Source: the human T2T-CHM13v2.0 reference genome, Homo sapiens. Taken from it: a stretch of DNA of 64,000 bases. The position numbers and the translations under genes were made by a program. Each line of letters begins with the position of its first letter. The stretch's first letter is position 1. A model generated the notes under the pieces. The model was not told the origin of the DNA. It did not search any database and saw only the letters and a list, made by a program, of their open reading frames with translations. The stretch lies in assembly GCF_009914755.1 (NCBI RefSeq), contig NC_060942.1. The stretch is one strand, 5' to 3'. This document shows, in pieces, positions 16,299-28,994 of the stretch.

Positions 16299-16330
16299 AT
16301 TTGATATAGTTTTTAAAAGTTCCTCTGGCT

Positions 16331-16500
<170 letters not shown>

Positions 16501-16610
16501 TAGTCACAGCCTCCTGTCTGAGGCTTTTTCCAACTCATCACCCTCAATAAAATTATCTCGTTCTTCTTTGCACCCCCACAGAACCCACCCTGAATATTTT
16601 ATTTGACCAC

Positions 16611-17360
16611 TGTGGATTAATACAAAAGTATATTTGGTTTTTGTCCCCAGTTCCTGGCACGGAGCCACTAAAACCCTTGGCATTTTCTGAGTGAGGGGAG
16701 TGTCTTTTGTTATTCATAACAAACCCCTTTCCATCACACCTGAGTTTATGCTAAGGAGGTGACTTACAGTGGGACCCCTAGGTAGCCTCAGGATGGGGCT
16801 GGTCACCAGAAAGAGCAAGTGATTAGAGGGTTGGAACTTTCAGCCTCACCTACCGACTTTGGGAAGGGAAGAGGTGAGTGCTGGAGATTGAGCTCTATAA
16901 ACACTACTGAACAATCCAGAGAGCTTCTGGGTGGCGGACTCATCAAGGTGCCGGGAGGGTGGCGCACCTGAAGAGGGCATGGAAGCTCTGTGCATCACCC
17001 CTGCCGCCCCCTTCCTATCCTGCTCTATGCATCTCCTCCATTTGGCTGTTCCTGAGTTGTATCTTGGTAAATGTAAGCAAATTGCTTTCCTGAGTTCTGC
17101 CCACTGTTCTGGCACATTATTAAATGGGCTTATGGGAACCTGGAACTTTGTTGCCGAGTTGGACAGAAGTGTGGGTAACCTGGAAACCCAATACTTGCAA
17201 TTGGCGCCTGAGGTGGGGACAGTGTTGTGGATCTCAGCCCTTAAACCTGTGGAGTCCGGGTAGTTAATGTCAGCATTGAATTGAGTTGAGTTGTAGGCCA
17301 CCTAGTTTGTGTTGGAGAATTGACTGTTAGTATGGAAAATCCTCATATTTGTTTCTGACA
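16611..17360 (+). mobile_element. MER21B-like solo LTR
   Basis: gtccccagttcctggcacggagccactaaaacccttgg...cacacctgagtttatgctaa. Confidence 0.75.
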
Positions 17361-18549
17361 CCAAAGTATTGCAGAAAAAAAAAAAAACCTTTAACCACTA
17401 ACTTATTTTTTTTGTGTTTCTGCCTTCCTTTTAATAACCATAAGCTCCTATGGAAATAGGAAAAAAAAAAAAAGACCATACCACTGTTATTCCTGCATGC
17501 TATCTCAGAGCTGTCTGGTATATTGGACGCATTCAGTAAATATTTACTGGTAACTGAAAGAGCTAACGAATTCATATCTGAAGTTCATTTGGGTTGGTGG
17601 ACCTTGTGTTGACGGTTTCAGTTTCTCACTCCTTGTTCTTTTATGATGCAATGTTCCTGAAATTTGAGAATTAACAATTTTCTAATCTTTATGAGCTTTA
17701 ACTTAGTTATGATACGGTGTAATATTTTACATTTAAGGTCTATATTTATCTATCCTGCAGCATGCACTTAGCTTTCCTGATAGATAACTGAGTTAGCTCC
17801 TTAATTAAGTAGTCTTTTTCCTTTTTTCCCTTATATTGCCCAGCAACTGGTCTTGGTGTGGCTACAGTTTCTCTTATTGAGTCTGGGTGGAGACAAGATG
17901 GGACTTCAAAAATCCTGTGGCTTTTCTCCAAGTCAAAGCAATCCCATCAGGGTGAAGTTTTTGGGCAGCTGTCGGCTCAGCTGGGGCCAGGCTGGAGGCC
18001 TGAGCTACTGTCTGTTTTGCTGCATTCTTGGCTGAAGGCCAGGCTGAGTTTCTTCTGAACTTGGGTAGTGGCTTAGGCGAATCTGGCCTGTTCAGCAATT
18101 GTCAGGTTCCTTGGTTAGAAGAGTAGCAGCCTCTGGAGATTAGGGGGGAAACGTTCTCCACAACCTGGCCAATGGTGGGATGTTACAGTGAAAGCACATT
18201 TTTGACAGAATTCTGCCAGATATACAAGCATAAAAATAGTCACACATTGTGCTCCTTAAACTCAGGGGAGGCCCCTCTCACTGACTTCATCAAAGGGTTA
18301 CTTAGAGGTGGATGCTATGATTTCTGATGACTTTGAAGTCAAGTCAATCCCAGAGCCTAAGATTGGCCATCCTGGCTATCGTACATCATTGCAGCCACTT
18401 TGGATTAAAATGTTAACATGAGATATTGGTTGGAGTCCCTAAATTGTGGGGACAGACACTTTCTCTAATGTTTTCTCCAACGGTATTAGATCCTGGGCTT
18501 GCCTGTTCCTTGCACTTCATTCATGTAGGCATGGGAGGGTCTGCGTAAA

Positions 18550-18867
18550 TTTTTCTCATTGTGATAAAATATACATAAAATTTACTATTTGAACGGTTTT
18601 AAACTATACAGTTTTGTGACATTAAGTACATTCATCATGTTGTGCAACCAGCACCACCATGCATTTCCAAAACTTTTTTATTTTCCCAAACTGAAACTCT
18701 ATATCCATTAGAAAATAACTCTCCTTTCTCCCTTACTCCCAGCCCCGGGAAACCACCATTCTACTTTTTGTCTCTATGAATTTGACTATTCCAACTACCT
18801 CGTATGAGTTGAATCATGTAATATTTGTCCCTTTGTGTCTGGCTTATTTAGCATTAATGTTTTCAAG
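18550..18867 (-). mobile_element. L1MB-type 3' end fragment
   Basis: gacattaagtacattcatcatgttgtgcaacc...ctactttttgtctctatgaatttgac. Confidence 0.8.
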
Positions 18868-19278
18868 GGGCCTGGATAATTTTTATGGCAACCTTATTCC
18901 TTGAACATCACTCATTTTGCCAGTGTCAATTATTTCGAACATCCTTCATGCTATTTTACAAACCTGTGGTGTGGACTTAAGTAACAATCAGTATTTGAGG
19001 GGCTGAGTAGCCACCGCTGGATTGTGAATTTTTGCTTGGGGTTCTTCATATGCTAACGAATCACCCTTGACACATTACATAGCTATTCCAAAGTCTTTTA
19101 AAAGTAAATGACCACACTGACACTATGACATAGCCAAAATTCAGAAACTCCTGACAGAGGTAAAGTAATGAACATCATAAAGAAGGGGCTTACCACTGGA
19201 TGTCAGGATCACATTTTGGTCCTGTGAGGCAGGGGGGTTTTAGAGATACCTAGAGTTTTGCACAAAACTCTCTCTTTC

Positions 19279-19316
19279 GTGTGTGTGTGTGTGCGTGTGT
19301 GTGTGTGTGTGTGTGT
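19279..19316. repeat. (GT)n microsatellite
   Basis: Direct reading. Confidence 0.95.
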
Positions 19317-19612
19317 TGTTAGGGTAAGAGTTCAGGACTTTCATCAAATTCTAATGAGGTTCCTGATCTCCCTAAAAAAAGTTATGTCATATTGAAAAGG
19401 GAAATTCTATTTTCTATAAAGTTTTGAATACAAAACAATAGAATAGAAATAGATAGCTATAAGTAGATAGAAAATAGAAAGCATAGGAATAGAAAGAACA
19501 GAAATAGAAGGGAAAAATTCTATTTCCTATGTTTGCTATAGTGTTTTGGAGAGAACAGATGGAAAACAGTCCGTATATCCAGGTTGGGTGAGAATACTTG
19601 GAAGTATTTCAC

Positions 19613-19615
<3 letters not shown>

Positions 19616-19654
<39 letters not shown>
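19616..19654. repeat. (GT)n microsatellite
   Basis: Direct reading. Confidence 0.95.
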
Positions 19655-19656
<2 letters not shown>

Positions 19657-19676
19657 GGGGGATTCCTTAGTTTTCT

Positions 19677-19848
19677 TATTTATTTATTTATTTATTTATT
19701 TTTGAGACAGGGTCTTGCTCTGTCATCCAGGCTGGAGTGCAGTGGCATGATCACAGCTTACTGCAGCCTTGAACTCCTGGGCTGAAGCGATCCTCCCACT
19801 TCAGCCTCCTGAGTAGCTGGGACTACTGGCGTGCACCATGACGCCTGG
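19677..19848 (-). mobile_element. FRAM/Alu right monomer
   Basis: Right monomer with (TTTA)n tail. Confidence 0.85.
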
Positions 19849-19986
19849 TTTCCTTAACCTTAATTATGTTATGGCCTTCAGTATAGGAGCCCATGCTCTG
19901 TAATTGCTCTTATTGGAGCCAGTGATTTTACATCAGGCTTGCAGCCTTAAAGCTTTTCCTTACCCACAGGGCAGCCCCATCACACA

Positions 19987-20000
19987 CCTCTAGGGGGCAC
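19987..20000 (+). promoter_or_regulatory. Candidate CTCF binding site
   Basis: CCTCTAGGGGGCAC fits the CTCF core CCDSYAGRKGGCRS. Confidence 0.5.
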
Positions 20001-20039
20001 TGTTTGCTTTCATCCTCTATGACTGGCACCTGCTGGAGA

Positions 20040-20120
20040 TGGGCAGTGCACTTTCATCCTCTGGCATGGCTGATGTTGGGCAGTGCACTTTCATCCTCTG
20101 GCATGGCTGATATTGGGCAG
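20040..20120. repeat. 37-bp tandem duplication (~2.2 copies)
   Basis: gggcagtgcactttcatcctctggcatggctgat(g/a)tt twice, plus a partial third copy. Confidence 0.95.
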
Positions 20121-20789
20121 CGTTGACTCCCAAGGCTTTCTTGTGAGTACAAAGGCCATGGGTCTTCACCGATCCCATCTTTCTCAAGGCCAATCTACTC
20201 TTTCAGAGAGATATGTTTAGCATGGGCTGTGGAAAAGATCAAAGAATCAAGAATAGAATTCTTGCCTCTGTGTTCCAAATTAGCAATGGGATTCTTGGTA
20301 TTTTGAAAATATTTTTACAGTGATTGGCTAATGAAGGAGCCCATGGAGATAAATAACATCAGGAAGCTTTCAAGGCTAATAATACCTTAATTTTCTGTTG
20401 TAACCTTTACTCTCTAGACTTCTAATCGATATGCCAGTTTAGCAAGCTGATGTAAATATTCTTTCCTACTTGGAATGCTCTTCTTCACTATGCCTGTTTA
20501 ATTTCTCTACATCCTCAAAATCCCAGTTCAAGTCCCACCACCTCCAGGAAGTCTTCCCTCACCACTTTCATCCACAGTCACTGTTCCTTCTTCTGAATTT
20601 GGTACTACTCAGAGCCTGCATCTCACTATTAGCATTCACCTAGTGTGCACTGTTGGTTTTCTTTTTATATGTGTGTATTAGGAACTATTATCTTGTCTAA
20701 TTCTCATCGCAGTTAATTTTTGTTGCTCTGTGGTCCTCTTTTCCCACTGAGGATGTGGCAGCTACTATCAGGGGGTGAAGAATTAGACA

Positions 20790-21695
<906 letters not shown>

Positions 21696-22353
21696 GTGGG
21701 CTTTGCAAAATCTAACTGAAGACTAGAGATCAATTTCAGTTCCTGACTTCCCAGATAGGGTCTCGGGTACATTTCAGAGATAATAATCAGGATTTTCATT
21801 TGCAAGATTTTTATGTGCAGAGCCAGCTTCTTTGGGAGAAGTAAGGTTTGTGGGTTCTATGTGAATCAAAGCTGGAGGATTAGAGTTTTGAGTTTATTCA
21901 TGTTAACAATAGGAGAGGAAATTAGGTAGGATGTCATATAGAGCAATTTCTCACCATACAGGAAGGCAGTAAAGACCCTTTCTGGGCTGGAAGGAGGAGA
22001 CTGGGAGAGAGAGAGAAAGGAGACAGGAGAGAGGTTCTCATTTGCCCCACTCGTGGGGTTGAAATCAAGGTGTGGGGACAGGTGGGGTCAAAGGCGGCTC
22101 AGATGCATTTAAGGATCTGGACACAGAGGGTACACTTGCTCTTCCTTCTGTCTGGAAATCTTGGACACCAGCTCAGAGAGAAAGACCTGCACAAACAAAC
22201 TATAAAGATTGAGCACACATGAAGTTTTTTGAGTTGTAAGCAAACAGCATCCCACATCAAAATGGCAGGTGTGGGACAATGTGCATATCCATTGTTATGT
22301 TGCATGATCCATAGATGAACAGGAATCTGTCCACATCAATGGCAATGGTTGTG

Positions 22354-22655
22354 TTATTTATTTATTTATTTATTTTTGAGACAGAGTCTTGCTCTGTCAC
22401 CCAGGCTGGAGTGCAGTGTGCGATCTCGGCTCACTGCAAGCCCTGCCTCCCGGGTTCATGCCATTCTGCCTCAGCCTCCCGAGTAGCTGGGACTACAGGT
22501 GCCCATCACCACACCCAGCTAATTTTTTTGTATTTTTAGTAGAGACAGGGTTTCACTGTGTTAGCCAGGATGGTCTTGATCTCCTGACCTCGTGATCTGC
22601 CCGTCTCGGCCTCCCAAAGTGTTGGGATTACAGGCGTGAGCCACCGCGCCCGGCC
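22354..22655 (-). mobile_element. AluY-like
   Basis: cactgcaag, gccattct, gttagccaggatggtcttgatctcctgacctcgtgatc diagnostics. Confidence 0.9.
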
Positions 22656-22889
22656 TGTTATTTTTTTAAGGCAGAGTAGGCAATTTACATCTTTTCTTGT
22701 CTTTCTTGGTTAGGTATCTAATCTCTAAATTAAAATAGTTGTGGCCAATTATATCTGATCACTTATGACTATGTCTTCCTTGCTTAAATGTTGTCAATAA
22801 AACTCCCTGTTTCTTGGCCCAGCATTCAGGCCTCCAAAGTTTGGCCTCTGCCTTCCTGCCTGACTTCATCTTCTATTCCTTCTCCTTAG

Positions 22890-24128
22890 ACAGTGCCTGC
22901 TGTAACAACATACTGCAAACTGAGTGGCTTAAACAGCAAATATTTATTTCTCACAGTTTTGGGGGATGGAAGTCTGAGACCAGGGTGCCAGCAGGGTTGG
23001 GTTCTTGGTGAGGGCTCTTTTCCTGGTTCACAGGCAGCCATCTTCTTGGTGTGTCCTCACACTGGAAAAAGGAGAGCTGACTAGCTCTCTGGCTTCTTCT
23101 TTTTTTTTTTCTTTTTTAGAGACAGGGTCTTTCTGTATTGCCCAGGCTGAACTCAAACTCCTGGGCTCAAGCAATACCCCTGTCTTAGCCTCCCAAGTAG
23201 CTGGGACTGCAGGTGTGTGACACTGTACCTGGCTTCTGGCCTCTTCTTATGTCAATGAAAAGAGTCAAACTGTGTAAAATATTTGAAGAGATTTACTCTG
23301 AGCCAAATGTGAGGACCATGACTGATGACACAGTCTGACGAGGTCCTGAGAACATATACCCAAGGTAGTTGGGTCACAGCTTAATTTTATACATTTTAGG
23401 GGGAACAGAAGTTACAGGCAGACATCCATCAATGCATGTAAGGTGCACGGTGGTTCAGTCTGGAAAGGCAGGACAACTCCAAGTGGGGTGGGGTGAGGTG
23501 GAGGCTTCCAGGTCACAGGTGGTTTCAAAGGTTTTCTGATTGGCAATTGGTTGAAAGAGTTGATTCTCTCCTAGATCAGGGAAAAGACCTGGAAAGGGAA
23601 GGAGATTCTCTAGAGAGTAATTTTCCCTACAAGAGGCAGCTTTGCAGGGCCATTTCAAAATATGTCAAATAAATAAATTTTAGGGCAAAATACTTCGATT
23701 TCTTTCAGGGCCTACTATCTATCATGTGATGCTATAGTAGAGTCAGGTTGGAATTTGGTATCTTATTGCTGCAAAGAGTCTGTTTTACCAATCTTAAGAT
23801 CTCTGCTTTAATGTTAGCACTGACAATTTGTGCCTGAATTCCAAAAGGAGGAGGGTATAATGAAGCATGTCTGACTTCCGCTTTCCATCACAGCCTGAAC
23901 TAGTTTTACTTTGGAATGCCCTTGGCTGAGAGGGGGGCTTCATCAGTCAATTGAAGGGCTTAGAATTTTATTTTTGGTTTACACATCTAAGAACACTAAT
24001 CTCATTCATAATGGCTCCACCTTCATGACCTAATCATCTCCCAAAGACTCCGTCTTCAAATACTGTTGCTTTGGGGTTAGCATTTCAACATACAAAGTTT
24101 GAGGGGATACAAACTTCAGTCCATTGCA
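22890..24128 (-). mobile_element. MLT1A/MST-like LTR interrupted by a FLAM (23100-23233) and a MER4 LTR
   Basis: gctgtaacaa...gtggcttaaacagc start; ends ttcaacatac...cagtccattgca; FLAM TSD tctggc(t/c)tcttct. Confidence 0.75.
23250..23983 (-). mobile_element. MER4-family (ERV1) solo LTR
   Basis: tgtcaatgaaaagagtcaaac...cttagaattttatttttggtttaca. Confidence 0.85.
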
Positions 24129-24372
24129 GATAAACTACTCTCAGCTAAATGGAACTCAGCAGTTCTTGAATGCACTACCCCATCTTTTTGCCTTTACTTA
24201 GACTGTTTCTTCTTCCTGGACTGTCTTTCCCCCATTTCTGTCAGGCTTAAATTCCACTTCCTCCATGAAGTCTTCAACTTTCCACACTGGAAGTTAGCCT
24301 CCCACAGCACAGTGTCTTTACTTCTCTTACAGGATTTTCAAAATGTACCCATCTGTCATTATCTGAGTATAA

Positions 24373-24721
<349 letters not shown>

Positions 24722-25493
24722 ATGTCTTTTTTTTGTTTTGTTTTTTTTTTAAATCTCCATGTGTCTAATAGCACTGGGCTCAGGGCCCTGCATACTCGAA
24801 CACTCACTGAGGGTCTGCTGAACTGACTCTCTCTCACAGATGCAGACACACATGGGGAACACATGTATTTTCAGACTAAGTCTTCTACTGTCTGGGAGTG
24901 TTAGGGCAAGAGGAGTAAAGGTGTCATGATCTGGTAGGAGCTGAGGCTGTGTTCTAAAGGGAGAGGAGGGGAGGGGAGGGAGCCAAGAGATGGCTGGTAG
25001 GGTTTGCCATTTGAGTAGACTTGTCTTTAGGTTGAGTGGCTTCAAAGTTCTAGAGCCAGAGATAAAAAAAAAAAAGCTGGGAGTTTCTCCATCACACCTT
25101 TGCAGTCAAATTTGGTTAGCAGGCAAGGGGTGTGAGCTGGAGTGGGGGTAGGCCCCATGGGAACTGGGGAACTTTGCTCCTTACTCTTGGAAATTCTCCA
25201 GAGTAGACAAAATCAGTGTCCATTGTATTATCCTAAGGTTTAACATGTGGTAGGACTTCAAGGAGTCCAGGGACAAAGGTCAAGAACTCACTATTCAAAA
25301 AAAAAAGATAAAAATAACCTATAACTATTTTCTGAAATATTTGTTCTCAGCAGTAGTCAAAGAACTGTAAATCCAGACAACGAGGTTGTCTCTGCCTTTT
25401 ATTTTGTCCATGTGTGGGTGAGGTATGGGCTGTTCCTTTGTGCATTTTACTTTATTTACTTTGAATCAAAAATTTTTTCTTTTTAATAAACAT

Positions 25494-25651
25494 CAGGGGA
25501 AAGCACACACACAGTCCCCCACTACCACAAATTATGCAGCTGAGTTTCCCGCATTTGGGATAATCGCAGGTATCAGCACATCTAGAGTGCAATGGATAAG
25601 CCTCACCCTGGGAAAACCACCTTTGTGATTGTGGTATCTCCTATGCCAGGT
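25494..25651 (-). pseudogene. U1 snRNA processed pseudogene (RNU1-type), lacking the first 6 nt
   Basis: Reverse complement follows U1 (ACCTGGCA...GGTGGTTTTCCCAGGG...ATCCATTGCAC...ATAATTTGTGGTAGTGGGGGACTG...CTTTCCCCTG); decayed A tail; 14-bp TSD. Confidence 0.95.
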
Positions 25652-26075
25652 GCTTTGTGCGTTTTAATACACAAACGTAAAATTGATAGAAACTTGGCCA
25701 CTTTATCTATTTTAAAAGCTATTAAAAAAACCTGTATGTTCTTTGATCTAGAAATTCTACCTCTAGAAATTTATCTTTAAGAAAAGGATAAATTGTGCAT
25801 TTATGATAATGCATAAAAATCTGGCAAACATGTTCACAGCAGTCCACTTTTTAATAATAATAATATATATATCCTAAATATGATTATAGGAATTGAATAA
25901 ATAAACATTCTTACCATAGAATACTCTGAGGTTGATAAACATGATGGTGAAGATGTTGAGCAGTTTTCCTTAAAACTAGTTCTCAATTCACTGCTGATTT
26001 GTGGAAATCTGGCACTGTCTATACCAGGCAGCAACTCTAAGCCATCTCAAGAACTGAGGCACAGATTCCTTTATC

Positions 26076-26352
26076 TTTGTTTTTTTTTGAGACAGAGTCT
26101 CACTCTGTGGCCCAGGCTGGAGTGCAGTGGCGCGATCTCGGCTCACTGCAACCTCCACCTGTTGGAGTAGGTGGGATTACAGGCATGTGCCACCATGCCC
26201 AGCTAATTTTTTTTTTTTTTTTTTTTTTTTTAGTAGAGATGGGGTTTCACCACATTGGTCAGGTGAGTCTCGAACTCCTGACCTCAAGTGATCCGCCTGC
26301 CTTCACTTTTCAAAGTGCTGGGATTACCAGGCATGAGCCACTGTGCCCGACC
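26076..26352 (-). mobile_element. AluS with internal deletion
   Basis: Right arm lacks the cccgggttcaag...cagcctcc segment; TSD agat(t/c)cttta. Confidence 0.88.
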
Positions 26353-26883
26353 AGATCCCTTTAACTTAAACTGCCCTATGCTTGCTTGGTTCAAGTTTTG
26401 CTGAGGCCAGAATGAGCAGAAGGTGGGAATGGGTCTGGGTATTGAAGCTCCCGACCCCACATTTAGGGAGCTGGGTTTGTGCACGGGTGCTGAGTCGGGA
26501 GGTGCTGCAGGATTGGCCTCTCCCAGGGGGTAGCTCTGGGGGGAGTCTCTTGTCTTTACCTTTGGTGGCTTTTTTTCTGTATCTAATCTATGGAGGAAAT
26601 TGCATGGACATCAGGCTGACTCTGACCTGCCTGACGTTAGAAGGGTAATTCTGACGTGGAAAGATGCTCAGTATCCATTGTCAAGTGAAACAAGCAGTTA
26701 ACGAAACAGAAACAGCCCAGTGCAGTATTGTTTTATTTTTTCTTGGTAGACACATTATCTGTATCTGCACCTACACCTAAACTTCTTTTTATCTAGATAC
26801 AGGTAGAATAACATCCAGAAAAAAGGTTTACCAAATGTTACTTCTTGTTTCTGGGTTGTGGAAATGCAATAATTTTCATTTGT

Positions 26884-27040
26884 GTCCTTAAACTTTTTGT
26901 TTACTCTTTTTGTTGTTATAAAAACATATATATCAGTTGTGTAATGAAAATTTACAAAGAACGTCCTGAAACTTTTTGTTTACTCTCTTTGTTGTTATAA
27001 AAACATATATATCAGTTGTGTAACGAAAATTTACAAAGAA
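26884..27040. repeat. 79-bp tandem duplication (2 copies)
   Basis: gtcct(t/g)aaactttttgtttactct...tttacaaagaa repeated with 3 internal mismatches. Confidence 0.95.
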
Positions 27041-27595
27041 TAATGATCTCTGGGGAGCTCTGCCTCTGATTTCCTTTTCTCTGCCCATTAAGCTGTAATA
27101 AGTAACTCCTGATTCCAGGTCTTTTGGCCCACAATGAGAGTCTGGTCGGAGGAGTTGTTCATCCTGACCGGGCATCTGGGAATGTCACAAAGCAGGCGGG
27201 CTTTGAGGAGCTGGCTCTGTAGGGAGAACTCTGATGGGAGGAAGGCCATGCCACGCTGAGGGGGCAGCATGAGCGAGAAAAGGGAATGGCCCACTGTGGA
27301 CAGTGAGTTAATTCCAGGCCTTTATGAACGTTGATGCTGAGTGCAGGTATCTGAGATGCTTCACGGGAGAAGGCAGCTAGCCAGGTACTCACTTATTGCC
27401 TTCCATATGGATACAGGGAACTGCTTTAATTGTTCTTTTCCTCTTTTTCATTTGAAAGTCTTGTCTTCATGAAAGGACAGGTGCATGGAGGGCAGAAACT
27501 TATTTTGAAAGTCCCTCAGCAAATTTCCCAATGCTGGGCAGACGGGATGTCAGTGGATGCATTCTGGCGAGACTAGAAAGAACTTGAGTTGACAC

Positions 27596-28172
27596 TGACA
27601 GGCAGAAATATATGCCACCCCAAAATATGTCAGCCTAAAAGATGCCTTCTCAATTGAAGGCAATTGAGAAGAAGCAGATACAAGAAAAGCTCTCTGTCTC
27701 GCCCTTTCCCCAATCATTTGCCTAAAAGCAGAACATAAATTTGTAAAGGGGTCCCTCTTCCCCTTCCTACTAGTTAGGACAGAAATTAATCACTGAGGAC
27801 AACACTAGACCCATATCAGCCCAGAGATGGCAGCGGAGTAACCCACGTACAAACCTTAGTTAGCCTTTATCTTCCATTATTTTCTCCATATATTTGCCTT
27901 TCCACAATTTGCTGCCGCTAGAAGCTCAAAGTTTTTTTCCTTTGTCTTGTCACTTCTCTAAAAATTTATTGTTCTTTTGTTAAGATGTTATATAAGCCCA
28001 AGTTCAAACCATCCTGATTTACTCATTGATGGGTACTGCCAGGTGAAGGCATGATGCGCCTGTTAATAACCTGTTTTTCTCTTGTTAATCTGTCTCTTCT
28101 TAGTCTAATTTGCAGGGCCTCAGCTGCAGAACTCAAGATGGCTAGAGCAAAAGATATTTTCCCTCCCCTACA
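27596..28172 (+). mobile_element. MER34-family (ERV1) solo LTR
   Basis: atatgccaccccaaaatatg...gaaggcaattgagaagaagcaga; ends tttccctcccctaca. Confidence 0.75.
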
Positions 28173-28253
28173 GCATGAATTCCATTAAGGTAGCTTTAGG
28201 GAATAGCTCCCTGTCTCTTGTTATAGGTCTGTAGGAAGCTTAGAAGATGGCTA

Positions 28254-28535
<282 letters not shown>

Positions 28536-28627
28536 AGAGAATGGCCTATTTAAAGAATTCTTTCCTCTAAAGCTGTTTTTACTAGAGGCATGAGGGTTCT
28601 TATGAGTAATTTGGTACACATAGTAGT

Positions 28628-28994
28628 TGATATGGTTTGGTCCTGTGTCCCCAACCAAATCTCATGTCGAATTGTAATCCCCACATGTGAGGGGAGGAAC
28701 CTAGTGGGAGGTGGTTGGATCATGGGGTGGATTGGATTTCATCCTTGCTGTTCTCATGATAGTGAGTGAGTTCCCACGAGATCTCATCATTTAAAAGTAT
28801 GTAGCACCTCCCCCTTCTCTCTCTTTCCTGCTGTCATGTAAGATGTGCTTTGCTTCTCCTTTGCCTTCCACCATGATTGTAAATTTCCTAAGGCCTCCCC
28901 AGCCATGTGAAACTGTGAGTCAGTTAAACCTATTTTCTTTATAAATTACCCAGTTTCAGATCGTTCTTTATAGCAGTGTGAATATGGACTAATA
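28628..28994 (+). mobile_element. MSTA/THE1D-like solo LTR
   Basis: tgatatggtttgg...ataaattacccag...ggactaata. Confidence 0.88.

Noticed and set aside
16846-17301. 151-aa ORF
   Set aside because: Lies wholly inside the MER21 LTR
20040-20120. 37-bp repeats as a CRISPR-like array
   Set aside because: Repeats are adjacent with no spacers, the context is eukaryotic, and there are no cas genes
27250-27270. Second CTCF-like motif (cgctgagggggcagc), and ccagtagggggat near 63777
   Set aside because: Mismatches at highly informative core positions
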